From Pocillopora damicornis (Eukaryota), in the NCBI RefSeq assembly GCF_003704095.1, contig NW_020846105.1, positions 186,001-243,311 of the forward strand: a stretch of 57,311 nt of DNA. Reading direction: 5' to 3'. A program made the translations under genes and the position numbers. Below the pieces are notes generated by a model. It was given only the letters and a program-made list of their open reading frames with translations, made no database searches and was not told where the DNA came from. This document shows positions 27,101 through 38,552 of the stretch, piece after piece; position 1 is the first letter of the stretch, and each line of letters starts with the position of its first letter.

Positions 27101-27486
27101 ATGATCATTTAATATGAGGAGTTGATATTTCTATTGTTAACCGCTCACGTCTGAAACATCATTGCGTGGGTCCAACGTCAATTCAGGTTCTCAGTATACG
27201 GCCGGAAGCACGTTCTTTAAATCAAGACCTACATTTTCTTCACATAACCTGATGAATGAAGGTTTTGTACTGGGTTAACCTCCCGAGCAACAATCTTACG
27301 ATAATTCAAATGTTAGTTCTAGAATATTTTCTGAAAATAGACAAACTTCCTTTCCTTAGTTACGACCTCGCATACCTTCTTTTATTTTTTTATATTAATA
27401 ACAGTAGAAGTTTATTTCTAAGGAACTAGATGAGTAGGATCCGTGTTAATTATTGTGCTTTTCTTTCTTTGCAGAAAACGGTGCAC

Positions 27487-28614
27487 ATGGTTTTCAGTGG
27501 AGATTTAAGTCAAAGGTTCTTTTTTGCGGCCGTTGCAATCATCTCTTTCACTGGAAATGTCTTCTTTATTGTGATTATTATACGCAATAGGAAACTACTG
27601 AGAAAAGCTTATCACAAGATAATACTGAGCTTGGCCATCACCGATATGATGATAGGTTAGTCTATGTTGCAATTTTGAACATTGAGGTTACTGTCTTACA
27701 AAACTTATGAAATTTACCATGAACTATCCCAAAAATAAGCATTTGAAATTATTGAGGTGATGATAATTTTTCTCTTCTTTCTAGGTCTTTGTCTTGTCTT
27801 AACACCAGTGTATATTATTGGTCAAAAACCAGCTCTAACAAGCAAGAATGTTGGCTCTGCGATGTTTTGCTACATCATAGGAAATCAATATCTTGTATTT
27901 ACGCTGGGAATCGTTTCCTTGTATACCGTTACGTTACTTGCAGTGGAGCGCTGGTGTGCTGTATTTCGTCCCTTTGAACATCGAACAACTTTTAGAATTC
28001 ACAAAGTGCGACAGTATCTGATCGTTATTTGGATTGCTTCCTTTGCTACAAATAGCACTCACATCTTAGAGACCAAGTATTTTCTTAACAATGTCAACAC
28101 AACTGAACGTTGTGTGTTCCAAGGGATAGCCAGCAGAGAGGCGAGAGTTGTCATAGGAGTTGTAGAGATTTTCTTAAAATTTCTGATACCATTTTTAATT
28201 CTCGTGGTGTCTTTCACTCACCTTTATCGTTTCATGAAGGATTCACTTGTTGTTGCAACGACTCATCCAAGCAATTACATTGCCCTTACACGTGTCACAC
28301 ATATGGCTGCCGCAACATCGTTGGTGATGGTGTTGTGTTGGTTTCCCAACCAACTTGTTTATTTACTATTCAAGCTCGATGTTGTGCAGCTGAATACCCC
28401 ATTTCATAAAGCAACAGTTATTGTTTGCATGTTCAACTCTTGTTTGAACCCTTGTATATTTCTGCTAAGTAACAAACTATACAGAAAAAAGGCAAAAGAA
28501 CTACTCCCTAAGTGCAGAGGATCAGTAAAGGACTTCGACTTAACTTCGACAGAATCAAAGAAGGTGGTTCAGTCTGTTGTACCCGTAAAGTTTCTAGAGG
28601 GAAATATCCTCTAA
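27487..28614 (+). CDS. Class A (rhodopsin-like) orphan GPCR 1, ~332 aa, peptide-receptor-like
   Basis: Exons 27487-27655 and 27785-28614 (phase 1). Motifs: GN (TM1), LAITD (TM2), ERW (TM3), CWFP (TM6), NSCLNP (TM7). An acceptor at 27474 suggests an upstream exon, so the start is uncertain. Confidence 0.88.
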
Positions 28615-30648
28615 GAGGAGAAAATGGAGATATTTGATCCTTTTTAATTGTATAGTAATGACCTGGGTTAAAAAAAAGTCGACCTTTCCATACGTATTTA
28701 TTTTTACTCATTTATACTATAGTGCAAATATCTGCAGACTGATAAGACGCCTTACGTCTCGGTGTTGAAACATCTGTATAGAGGGGCTATAAATCAAGAG
28801 ACAATCATGTGTAGCGTTGTTTACCAGAGTCTCGGTATGAACTATTATACACTGATAGCGGATGCGTATCCTCCATTTACGGATTGTGATAGATACTATC
28901 AAACTAAATGTAAACATGTTATAAGGTTTAACTAGCAGTATATTATATAAAATTTCAGCCAGTTTGCTCTAAAACAATGTCATCTAAATAGAGTCTTATT
29001 GTAGGCAAGTAGACTGTCATTTTTGTATTTAGCTGTCGTTGGAGATTTACCCTTTACGAAAAATACGAACAGTAGCTTGTTAGATCATAAGAATCTAAAT
29101 CTGTATATTTGTTACTGTTCATACGAAATCACAAACATTTTTCTCAGGGACAACAGTTGATAATAAAAAATATTTATGTGTGTTAAACTAGCAAATTATT
29201 GTACCAGAATAATTACATCAATAAAACGAAGCTTCTCATTATTATGTTTACTTCGTATCTTTAAGAATGGCTAGTATACCTAATTGGTTTCTCATCACAC
29301 AAGCAAACCCATCACCCCAAGAAAGGTGAAGAATTGAAATGTGAAACTCAGACTTATTCGTGAAGGGTGCCACCCGGGTTAAGGGCCTTATTTATTAAAG
29401 GGTTGGTATTGTTTGCAAGGAGCCTGGAGCTCTACCTGGGTAACATGTTATTTCACATACAGAATAGTTAATTTTGGTAAAGTGGTTAAGTTGCATGCCT
29501 ATACAGGGCAATACAAATTTATGCCTAACGGTTATGATTGTTGGTGATGTTGGAACGTGCTTCAGTCATAGCTACGATTTATATTTCATTCGAAGAAATC
29601 TTTTGTGTACTGTAGAGGTCAATGATATTAGAAATCGACAGTCGAGTGACAGCAGAGACTCTCATTTTCGATCCAATTATCCCCTGAAGATCTGAGAAGA
29701 AAATTAATCAGTTGATATCTGGTAATTTATCCAAAAATATAAAAAAGCAGAGTTTAATTTTGTATCGGGACAAATAATCGAATTTTAATTATGTTGTTGT
29801 TCTCTTTGTAGTCTCTGATAATATCCCCTTTGGCTGGAGATAAAAGACATGTGCTTTGGCGATCCGTGGAAAAGGCTGAAACCGGCTGAAAAGGTAAGAC
29901 GAAAATCCTGCCTCACGTTTAATGGAGTTGACGTCTCAGATTTTGTAGTCGATGTCAGTCAAAATGAGTTAAAATTATTGGTTTTTGAAGTCAGAACTTC
30001 ACATTAAAAAATCCTTGATGTCGACTTCTTAGGTAGAGAAAACTGATGCGCCAACCAGTAAGGATGGGCATCACAATTATCATGTTTGTGAATTTTTTTT
30101 TCTCTAAACACACAGAGGGAGGAGAAACGCACTTTGTGTGATTTCTATCTTTCTTATTATGATTCGATTGGTAAGGCTGCAAGACTCGCGACCAAGATGT
30201 TTCGAAGCTGTTTTCTAGAATATTATTAAAAATATATAAATAAAGAGAAAACGAGAGGTTTTTTTTTGTTACTCGCTTTGATGGCAGTGCTCCGATATGT
30301 ATGTCATTTCTTTCATCAAATTAAATAATAAAAAAAAAATCAAAGCTTCGAAGAGAAAGAATTACCAACTTTTCAGAAAAACATCATAAATTTTGCAGGC
30401 AGAGATAGGTTCCGGATAATTGCCTTTAATAGGACTGACATGGTAAACCCTAAGCAAATTGGCTGGCGACATCAATTATCATTACACGTCATTCGGAAAC
30501 ATAACACCGGACGATACACCCTGACTGCTGCTATTGCCGAAGTATAACATTTGCATTGGAGCAAGCCAAGTCTAAGGAAATATAATTCACTAGCCATAAA
30601 AGCAACATATATTGCGAATTTATCCGTACACTAGTCTAATTGGCGAAA

Positions 30649-32662
30649 ATGAAGGCAGGCATAAGAGTTTTGTTTGGTATCATAGGATCTCTCGCCATCA
30701 TTAACAACAGCCTTCTGCTGGTGGTAATTTTTCGAAACAGAGCCCTGCTGAAGACTCCATACAACAGGCTAGTTTTAAGCTTGGCCATTACTGACTTAAT
30801 AACAGGTAAATCACCATTCTCTTTAAATGAAAAACGAGAGAATATTCGCTTGATAAAAAATTATTGTTTCCAAATGAATTACTGACGATAATCAAGAAGT
30901 GCTAAACGAAAAATCCTTTTTTTAATTTGAAATCGTCGCGTGGAATAACACGCACTTTTTATATTTTACTTCTCCCCTAGACACTTGTGTGCCTTTCATA
31001 TCTTAGCCCCTAGAGAATGATAGCTTTCTCTTTTTCATATGTTTGGTCGCACGGAGCCCTTCATCGTAATTAATTAAATAGTGTTCTATCTTAACGCAAG
31101 AAAATCGATGGCTTCCGAATGGTAACCATGTCAAAGGTGGCATTTGCGTATTTGGTGCCAGATGTGTAACTTTTCTCAGTTTTAATTCTAAAACAATTTT
31201 AGCCTGTAATTCTAGAGAATAGAATTATGATTTTCAGGAATAAGTTGGTGAAATCTTTCTACTGATTGACAGATGTCAATCTCTGCTAAAATTGCTTTTA
31301 ATTTTAGAATTGCTTATTGGAAGTTGTTTGTTTTTTAAGTCACCTCTACAAGAACTTCCCTCAGAAACTGCAATTTAAAACGAAAAAGTTTTTTTTTCTG
31401 TTGAGGGGAAAGTTACAGTAGAAAAAAGCTCAGTGAGTTTTCATTACCGTGAATACGATAGGCATCATACACCAGCAGCTCAGTGCAGTGTATCATTGAG
31501 TTCCCCTACGCATACTCTATGCGAAGACATGTTTAGCCTTAATCTAAACATTTCAAGCTAAGTAAACTTCCATTCAAAGTAGGGTTTTTACTTATGATAA
31601 TCACACATCTGTCTAGTTTTGACGGTTGGGCTCTAATACTCTTCCCAATATTCAATGATTTTCTTTCAACATCAAGTCACCTGCCTTTTTGTCAACAACC
31701 GCAACTGTAAATTTCTTTGATATATATGGTAATTAAGGAACAGAAATGTAAATCTTGGAATAGAGCATCTTTGTAAATAGAGATATGACGTATATGTCTA
31801 TTTCTATTTTAAAGGAATTGGTATTTTTGTTACACCTTCGTACATTATTGGGCCCGATTCGATCAAAGTTTCATCAGGAGGTTTTGGCCAGTTTTTCTGC
31901 AGAGTGATATATTCTCAGTACCTCGTGTTTACCCTGGGCATAGTATCAGTCTACACAGTTGCATGTATGGCTATGGACCGATGGCTTGCTGTAGTTCGCC
32001 CAACCAAGTACAAAACAATTTTAACGAAGTCGCGAGTAAACATTTGTGTGTTATGCGTATGGATACTCTCTGTGCTTTTGAACGCTCCGCACTTGATGGA
32101 AATTACAGCTACAAGCGGTTCAGACAGGAAAGAGCAGTGTTTATGGATTGTTCTTACCGGAGGTACTACTAGAAGAGTTGTGGCTTTTTTAGAATTTGTG
32201 GGAAAGTTTTTCCTTCCCCTTCTTGTCGCAGCCGTTACTTTAGTAAGTATCTACAACCATGTCAAGTCGTCACCGGCTCTGTTTCAAACAAATAGGGGCA
32301 AGGCTGGTTTAAGGTTACTACGGATGTGTTTGTTAACAGCGGTCATTCTTGGAGTGAGTTGGTTTCCCAACCAGTTGTATTATCTGTTGTTCAAATATGA
32401 CATAACTCGGATGGACACGCCCTTGCACCATTTTACTGTCTTTATGTGTATGTTCAACTCGTGTGTCAACCCTCTGATCTATTGCCTTAGCAACAAGATG
32501 TACCGTAGATACTTTACGCTTCTTTTGTGTCCGTGGCACAGGGCAAGGGTCACGGAGATGGAAATGACTGCGTGTGATTCTGTCAGCAGAGCTAATGAAA
32601 TAAGACCAACCCAAACAATTGGACCGAGTGAAGCAAGCGTAACAAACATGGCAATTGCTTAA
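30649..32662 (+). CDS. Class A orphan GPCR 2, ~334 aa
   Basis: Exons 30649-30805 and 31815-32662 (phase 1). Motifs: LAITD, DRW, RLLRMC, SWFP, NSCVNPLIY. Very short N-terminus. Confidence 0.88.
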
Positions 32663-33273
32663 TGATATTCCGAAACGCATCATAAGCAGCTGTTGCAGAA
32701 ATAATTGATGAAACAAACCAGCTTTTTATCTGTCTTCTTTGCCATGTATATAACTTTCTGGCTTATCCTTGAGTAAGTTAACAAGGAAAGTTGGTGTATC
32801 AGTCATAAAAGAAAAACGCCATATTATATTTTGAAAGTGAGCTGGTTCAAAGTCCCTGCAGGGGCTATGATCTTCTCTTCTTGTGCGAGACACTCTGCTC
32901 TGACAGTGCTATATATGAGAGGGGGGATTTCTTAGAGACACATTTCCCTATCTACTGATAAAATAATTTTGCGCAGTCTTTGAATGATGCCATTTCCAAT
33001 AACTTTTCCATTTCTTCTAATTTTTGTAACAGGGTGTAACGGTATTATTCGGTTTGTCGGCGTGGTTTTTCTATGTTACAGGTGGTTTCAGATGGTGGAT
33101 TATTCTGAAATATTACTTTGATAAAACGAAAAACAAGCTAAAATTTAAGTAAACCGGCAATGGATAACTCCACCGACAAAAAGTTTTATTCAATTTACAC
33201 AAATACAGTCAACTTTAAGCCATATATAACTTGTGGTGATGTCCCGTTAGTATCAGTTAGACCAGTATTGACG

Positions 33274-34701
33274 CTATGACGGCAGGGGCTGTCCTGTCCG
33301 TTCAAACTCCTTTTTGAGTTCGTCCCATTGTTCAGCTGTCATCATGATGTCGCCTTCAAATGCATCAACCCCGTTTTCTGTGAGCAATTACAATTTCTTT
33401 ATTAATCCACTGGTAAAAATTTCCAAAACGCTAAAACAGATCTTAGATTAGTCATGGCACTAATAAGGCCTAACACAGGTTGAATTCAGTTAATTATCCA
33501 TCTAGCAATTAAAATTTCATTTTTACTAAACTATGAGCCTGACGCGATTTCCAGTCCGGATATCGATTTCGTTGCGCTGTTCTCTTTTTAAACTTGTGAG
33601 CTATAGTGAACTCTTAGCAACCATCATGTTTCATAAAGAACTCGTATACTTCTCGTCTACTCAATCAATTCTTTTGGAAAGTAGAGATATTGGAATATTA
33701 TTTCCTTCTCCCGTATTCATTCTACGTTAACCTGGAGCATCGAGAGACGGCTATTTTACAAATCACACATTTATCAAGAAGTTTGAGTATTGGATTAGAA
33801 CTGTAGACCTGTTACGATAACCTTACTTTGATTCACGTCGATTTCACTTCTGTCATCGTCAACTTGCGGATCCCCTTCTGTAAAAAGATGTCCCTTTTCG
33901 TTCAGCCCATCTCATAACCCAATAAGATTTTTACATGAGATAAGTAACAAAAAACTTTTCTATCAGCAGATCACGAGAAAATGTTAAAATTGTTGTAAAG
34001 CTCAAAGGTAGAAGCGATCCATTCTCAGTCGTTAAAATTCATGACAAAGAGACTCAGTGATTACTGATAGGAAAATTTCACACACCAAGATTTATCCTCA
34101 CATCTAGGGTGCATATTGTAAGGAATTACTTCTTTAAGGCCTTCAGCTAGTGCGATGGCTGAACTGATTTAAGTTCTTAGAGACCTGGTAGAATTAACTT
34201 GACGCTTAAAAAATTTTGTGGATTTGAAAACAGGCGCAAAGGAAATACTTAATTTTTTCTCTTCGTGAATGATTTTCCTGCGTATATTAAACCGGTTTGC
34301 CGGCAAAAATGTATATTTATAGAAAAGAAATCTTCTTTTTTTTTTTTTTTAATAAAGAACCAAACGTTCGGGGAACATCATTCCTGAATCAACATACACA
34401 CATGCAAAAAGGCAAATGGATTATGATTCGATTTACCTTCATATATTCCAATTAGTCCTGATGCATTTTAAATACAATACGGGTAAAAATCCTAAACTTG
34501 GTGTATTTTCGAACCCATTTACCTTCCCTAACCAAACAAACATTATTTTACCCGTATTTTACCGCGTGTATTCATTGTGCAATTAGCCTATGAAAATAAG
34601 TCATGATTTTACTCTGTACCTTCCTCGGGAAGAGTTTCTTCGGTAGCAGTGACCACTGAAGGAGACAAGATTAGAATTAACAAGATAGAAACAACTTTCA
34701 T
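33274..34701 (-). CDS. Small secreted protein: signal peptide plus astacin-type propeptide (FEGDI) only, ~85 aa
   Basis: Exons 34701-34620, 34457-34437 (21-nt microexon, least certain; the frame holds without it), 33877-33827 and 33377-33274, all with phase-1 GT-AG introns. Protein: MKVVSILLILILSPSVVTA-TEETLPEEGLIGIYEEGDPQVDDDRSEIDVNQKNGVDAFEGDIMMTAEQWDELKKEFERTGQPLPS*. AATAAA on - at 33190-33185. Confidence 0.72.
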
Positions 34702-35369
34702 GTTACTTGAAGGGCTTGTTTCTTAAAAAAATCACAAATCTGAAATTTTTCTGTTGGAAAATGGACAGACTGAGCCTTGAATCAATTCAGCTGTATTTGC
34801 CCGCTGGCGAATTGTTGAGGAATTAGCCAATCAGATTTAGTGAATTATAAACGATACAAACAATGAAGATTTCAATGAATGTCGAATTGCATGCTAACTT
34901 TACAATACAATGTATCATGGCTACATATTTTGCACATAACATAACCAGTTCGGATATACTGATATCCTCTGGTCTCCACAAATATATGAGAGAATCTGTG
35001 TCCAGAAAGTCATGTCTCTATTTCAGATATTCAGATATTTGATTACAGCTAACTGAATACCTCTTTGCTTTTAGTCTAAGCTCTTTTCCATGCCATCTGT
35101 GTTTGTGTTTTTTCAAGAAACAAAGAGCAATCAATGTCTCAAAAGATTCCTCAAAAGAAGCATAAGTGAAGTTAAATATACCCTGCCCATTAAGGAGGCG
35201 GCATTTTTTTAAATGAAAATTTACTTAATGTCGTCTTCCACCAAATTAACTTTTTGGCTGAATCAGATGACGCGGTTTTGTTGGATTGGTCGGCGAATAG
35301 TTTTATTAAACCTCGCACCTTCGATACCCGCATTTGAAGTCGATACCTGCCTCTCAAGTTACGCTCAAG
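34702..35369. promoter_or_regulatory. Putative bidirectional promoter between the two secreted-protein genes
   Basis: 668 bp between divergent ATGs. CCAAT at 34827-34831 (AGCCAATCAG) and inverted ATTGG at 35285-35289, each about 80-130 bp from one ATG. Confidence 0.45.
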
Positions 35370-37060
35370 ATGAAGTGGTTATTTTTGCTCGCGTTCACTC
35401 TTCTGACCGTCGGCGTTCTAAGCGCTCCAGCAAACGACGAAGAAGATGGTAAGTTCTCTTTCATTCACAAGTTAATATCTAGCATGCAAGAAAATTCCTT
35501 TTTGAGATTTTCCCAAGTTTCTGCATTGCAACCCTCACTGCTACCCTCTTTTTTTTTTTGATATCTGTTACCAATAACAGATGCACTCACAAGACTTAAG
35601 ATGATTTTTGTTACTGTTGTGCTATCAGAACTTTGTAACGAAGGAGAGTTTTATTATCTTATTGATCTGATCCAATAGATTCTGAAATATTCACAGATTT
35701 TCAGATTTCCACACCGGATAGTCAATTAAGATTTAATGTGACAAATTTTGAAAAGATGCGAAGAGGTGATCTGCTATTGATGAAGGAAACTTTCCTCCTT
35801 GCTTTGCCATTAATTTCGAAAGAATTTGTCTTTCGTCCAGTTTGATATCCAGTTTCGTCGAGGTTGAGAATGAAGGTCCGATCAACACCAAAGAGAGCGA
35901 CTCGAAAATGTTATTGTTTAAGTAGTTGATGAGGTGTATAAACAGGTGACATCTGGGACAATACTAGGATTTACTATTGTGAGGTATGTGAAAACATACA
36001 ACCCTAATGGATACTCGAGCAGGAAAATGGGTTTAATTCAGAATGATAACCCACCTTTCATCCTAATTAAACTCATTATTCGGTTAAATTGAAATTACAA
36101 ATTGCTAGATTAAACGTTTCTATCAAGACCGAAACTCAAATGTAGCTTTTGTTTAAATGAAAATTAATTGCAATCGCAGAGTTATTGACGGAGTTGGAGA
36201 TAAAAGATAATGCTGAAGACGAACCTGAGACTGGGACGGGTCAGTGATCATTATTATTTGATAACAGTGATAATTTTTATAGAACTGGTATGATTTGTCA
36301 CTAAAAGTAATCTTGACCCAGTTGTTCGAAGAAGGAATTGCACATAGATTTAAGTGTTAGGGTATCGAAAAGTCTTGTTTAAGGTTAACCAAAGAGGGGT
36401 GTTGCTAATGTTTTCAAAAATTCGGCCTTGACTTCAGAGTATTAGAGTGTGATATAACTCGTGCTAAATTGCATTTCGGAGAAAACCTTTAGTTAACGCA
36501 TGATAATCTTTCTGATGTAGTTATACTCTATGTATGCCCAAAATTAACTTACATTTTTACGTGTGATTTTCCAAAAAGAAGAGGAACGCTTTGTTCGGGA
36601 AGTGGAGGACGAAGAGGAAGAAGAAGAACTGGAAGAAACAGTAATGAAAGACACCGTCGAAAACGATGAGACTGATGGTATAAATTCTTTATTTACCAAG
36701 AAGAGCGTTATAATAAAATATTTTTCGTCGTGGTTTTAAAACACGGTACCTGATATTTAGCGCTGCCAAGCTTTATTGTATTGATTTTTATCAATGTTGA
36801 TGATGATTAATCTTAAAGGTCAAATTTATGCATGAATACACACAACAGTGTTCAAAGTTTATCCTTAAATCTAGTATATTTTCTCTTTTTCATGTAACTT
36901 CTTTTTTGCGTCTTTTTGATGCTCAGTACTTTCTAACATTTTGAATCAACTGTTTATTTGCATTTTGTCTTTTGTTTTCCTAGAAGTCAGCGAAAAGAAG
37001 ACCTCAGTCGAAACCGAACAACCCTTTGAAGACAGCGAAGTAGATGATACCATTGAATAA
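35370..37060 (+). CDS. Small secreted, highly acidic protein (104 aa)
   Basis: Exons 35370-35448, 36180-36239, 36579-36677 and 36984-37060, all with phase-1 GT-AG introns, 315 nt open. Protein: MKWLFLLAFTLLTVGVLS-APANDEEDELLTELEIKDNAEDEPETGTEEERFVREVEDEEEEEELEETVMKDTVENDETDEVSEKKTSVETEQPFEDSEVDDTIE*. AATAAA overlaps the stop. Confidence 0.78.
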
Positions 37061-37180
37061 AACGGTTCTAAAAAACTGTTCGAAAGAGGGAATTCTTTAC
37101 AGATTGTTGTTAACTATGGGAGTATTTATTAAACTTAAGGATACACGGGGAAATCTCTTCTCTGTTATTATATATTATTG

Positions 37181-37183
<3 letters not shown>

Positions 37184-37224
<41 letters not shown>
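37184..37224. repeat. (TTA)n microsatellite
   Basis: About 13 perfect TTA units. Confidence 0.95.
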
Positions 37225-37569
37225 GTATGATGTTATTAATGTTTTTGTAGCATAACACTCATGCGGCAAACATCTACTCTGACACACTTTCCTGGGTTTT
37301 TTGTGATCAGATAGGCACAAACAACCCTACGATATCACTATTTTTTTTAAAGAGTGGTAACGCGCATTCGTTATGATCTCTCAGCCCTAGCCCCAAACAA
37401 AAAATTTATTGCTATTTTTTCTCATGCAAGGTTTATTTTTCGTCTCCTTATTCCCGGTTTGATATCTTTGGTTTCTCTAGTTCACAAGCGAACCTTTCTG
37501 TTGCCGGCAGCAGCTCCTAGTTGGCTTTCCTTAGACCTTATTTAAGGTATTCCACTTCGGTAACCAACG

Positions 37570-38444
37570 TCAAATGCGAATTTCAGAAGCACTCCGTGAA
37601 TTGTAGTCATCAAAGCGAGACGTTCTTGCCCCTGGAAAGCTTTGCTGGGTATATCCTGATGCCGTGTTACTGTTGCGCATCGTATGAGCTCGCTTATCAT
37701 CCGAAATGACATCTGCGGCATCATATCCCGATCGCCACGGACAAAGAAAGTTTATGAAGTGTTTTCTGTAAGATGGGTTAATTGCGCAGTAAATGAAGGG
37801 GTTGAGGGTGGAATTTCCCATGCACATAACTACCGTTACTTGATGTGCAGCGGTATCCATTTGGGTAATGTCAAACTTGAACAACAAGTAATACACTTGG
37901 TTAGGAAACCAACATATTGCCAAAACCACTGCAGTAATTGCACACATGCGCAGTAGACGTACACCAGCTTTACCTCTATTTGTTTGAAACAGAGCTGGCG
38001 AATCCCGAACTTTGACCCACAGACTCAGGAACGACAAACATGTGATAACAAGTGGCACGAAAAACTTTCCCAAGAACTCAATTAATGCAACTCCTCTTCT
38101 GACGTCTCCCGTCGTCAGCGAAACCCATTCACAGTGATTTTCGGGCCCCAGTTTCATTTCGAAAAGGTGAGGGGCGTTAAACAGAAACGATATGAACCAT
38201 ACAGTTGCCACCATTATATAGATTCTGTAACTTTTAAAACCTGCTCTGTACCGAGCAGGCTTTGCCACTGCAAACCATCTCTCGAGAGATAAACACGTGA
38301 TTGTATAGACTGAAACAATGCCGAGGGTAAACACGAGGTAGTATGATACGACTATTCGGCAGAACAGCTCACCAGCGAGGCCACTTGGGATTGGAAAGTT
38401 GTTGATCCCTATGATGTAAGATGGCGTCAAAATCAGGCCTACTC
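37570..38444 (-). CDS. Class A orphan GPCR 3, exon 2 only (first coding exon not seen, probably in the gap)
   Basis: Acceptor TTCCACAG|GA GTA GGC at 38445/38444. Motifs: ERW, RLLRMC, CWFP, NSTLNPFIY. The assembly gap starts 8 nt upstream. Confidence 0.85.
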
Positions 38445-38452
38445 CTGTGGAA

Positions 38453-38552
38453 NNNNNNNNNNNNNNNNNNNNNNNNNNNNNNNNNNNNNNNNNNNNNNNN
38501 NNNNNNNNNNNNNNNNNNNNNNNNNNNNNNNNNNNNNNNNNNNNNNNNNNNN
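38453..38552. other. Assembly gap (100 N, probably unsized)
   Basis: Exactly 100 N. Confidence 0.99.

Noticed and set aside
34129-34157. Extra exon (AIALAEGLKE) in the propeptide gene
   Set aside because: It would end in phase 0 and break the frame into the phase-1 exon at 33877.
35370-37060. Acidic protein as a cnidarian neuropeptide precursor (contains RF)
   Set aside because: No Gly-Lys/Arg amidation signals and no repeated peptide units.
37044-37250. ORF with a poly-Tyr run
   Set aside because: Translation of a (TTA)n microsatellite just 3' of the acidic-protein gene.
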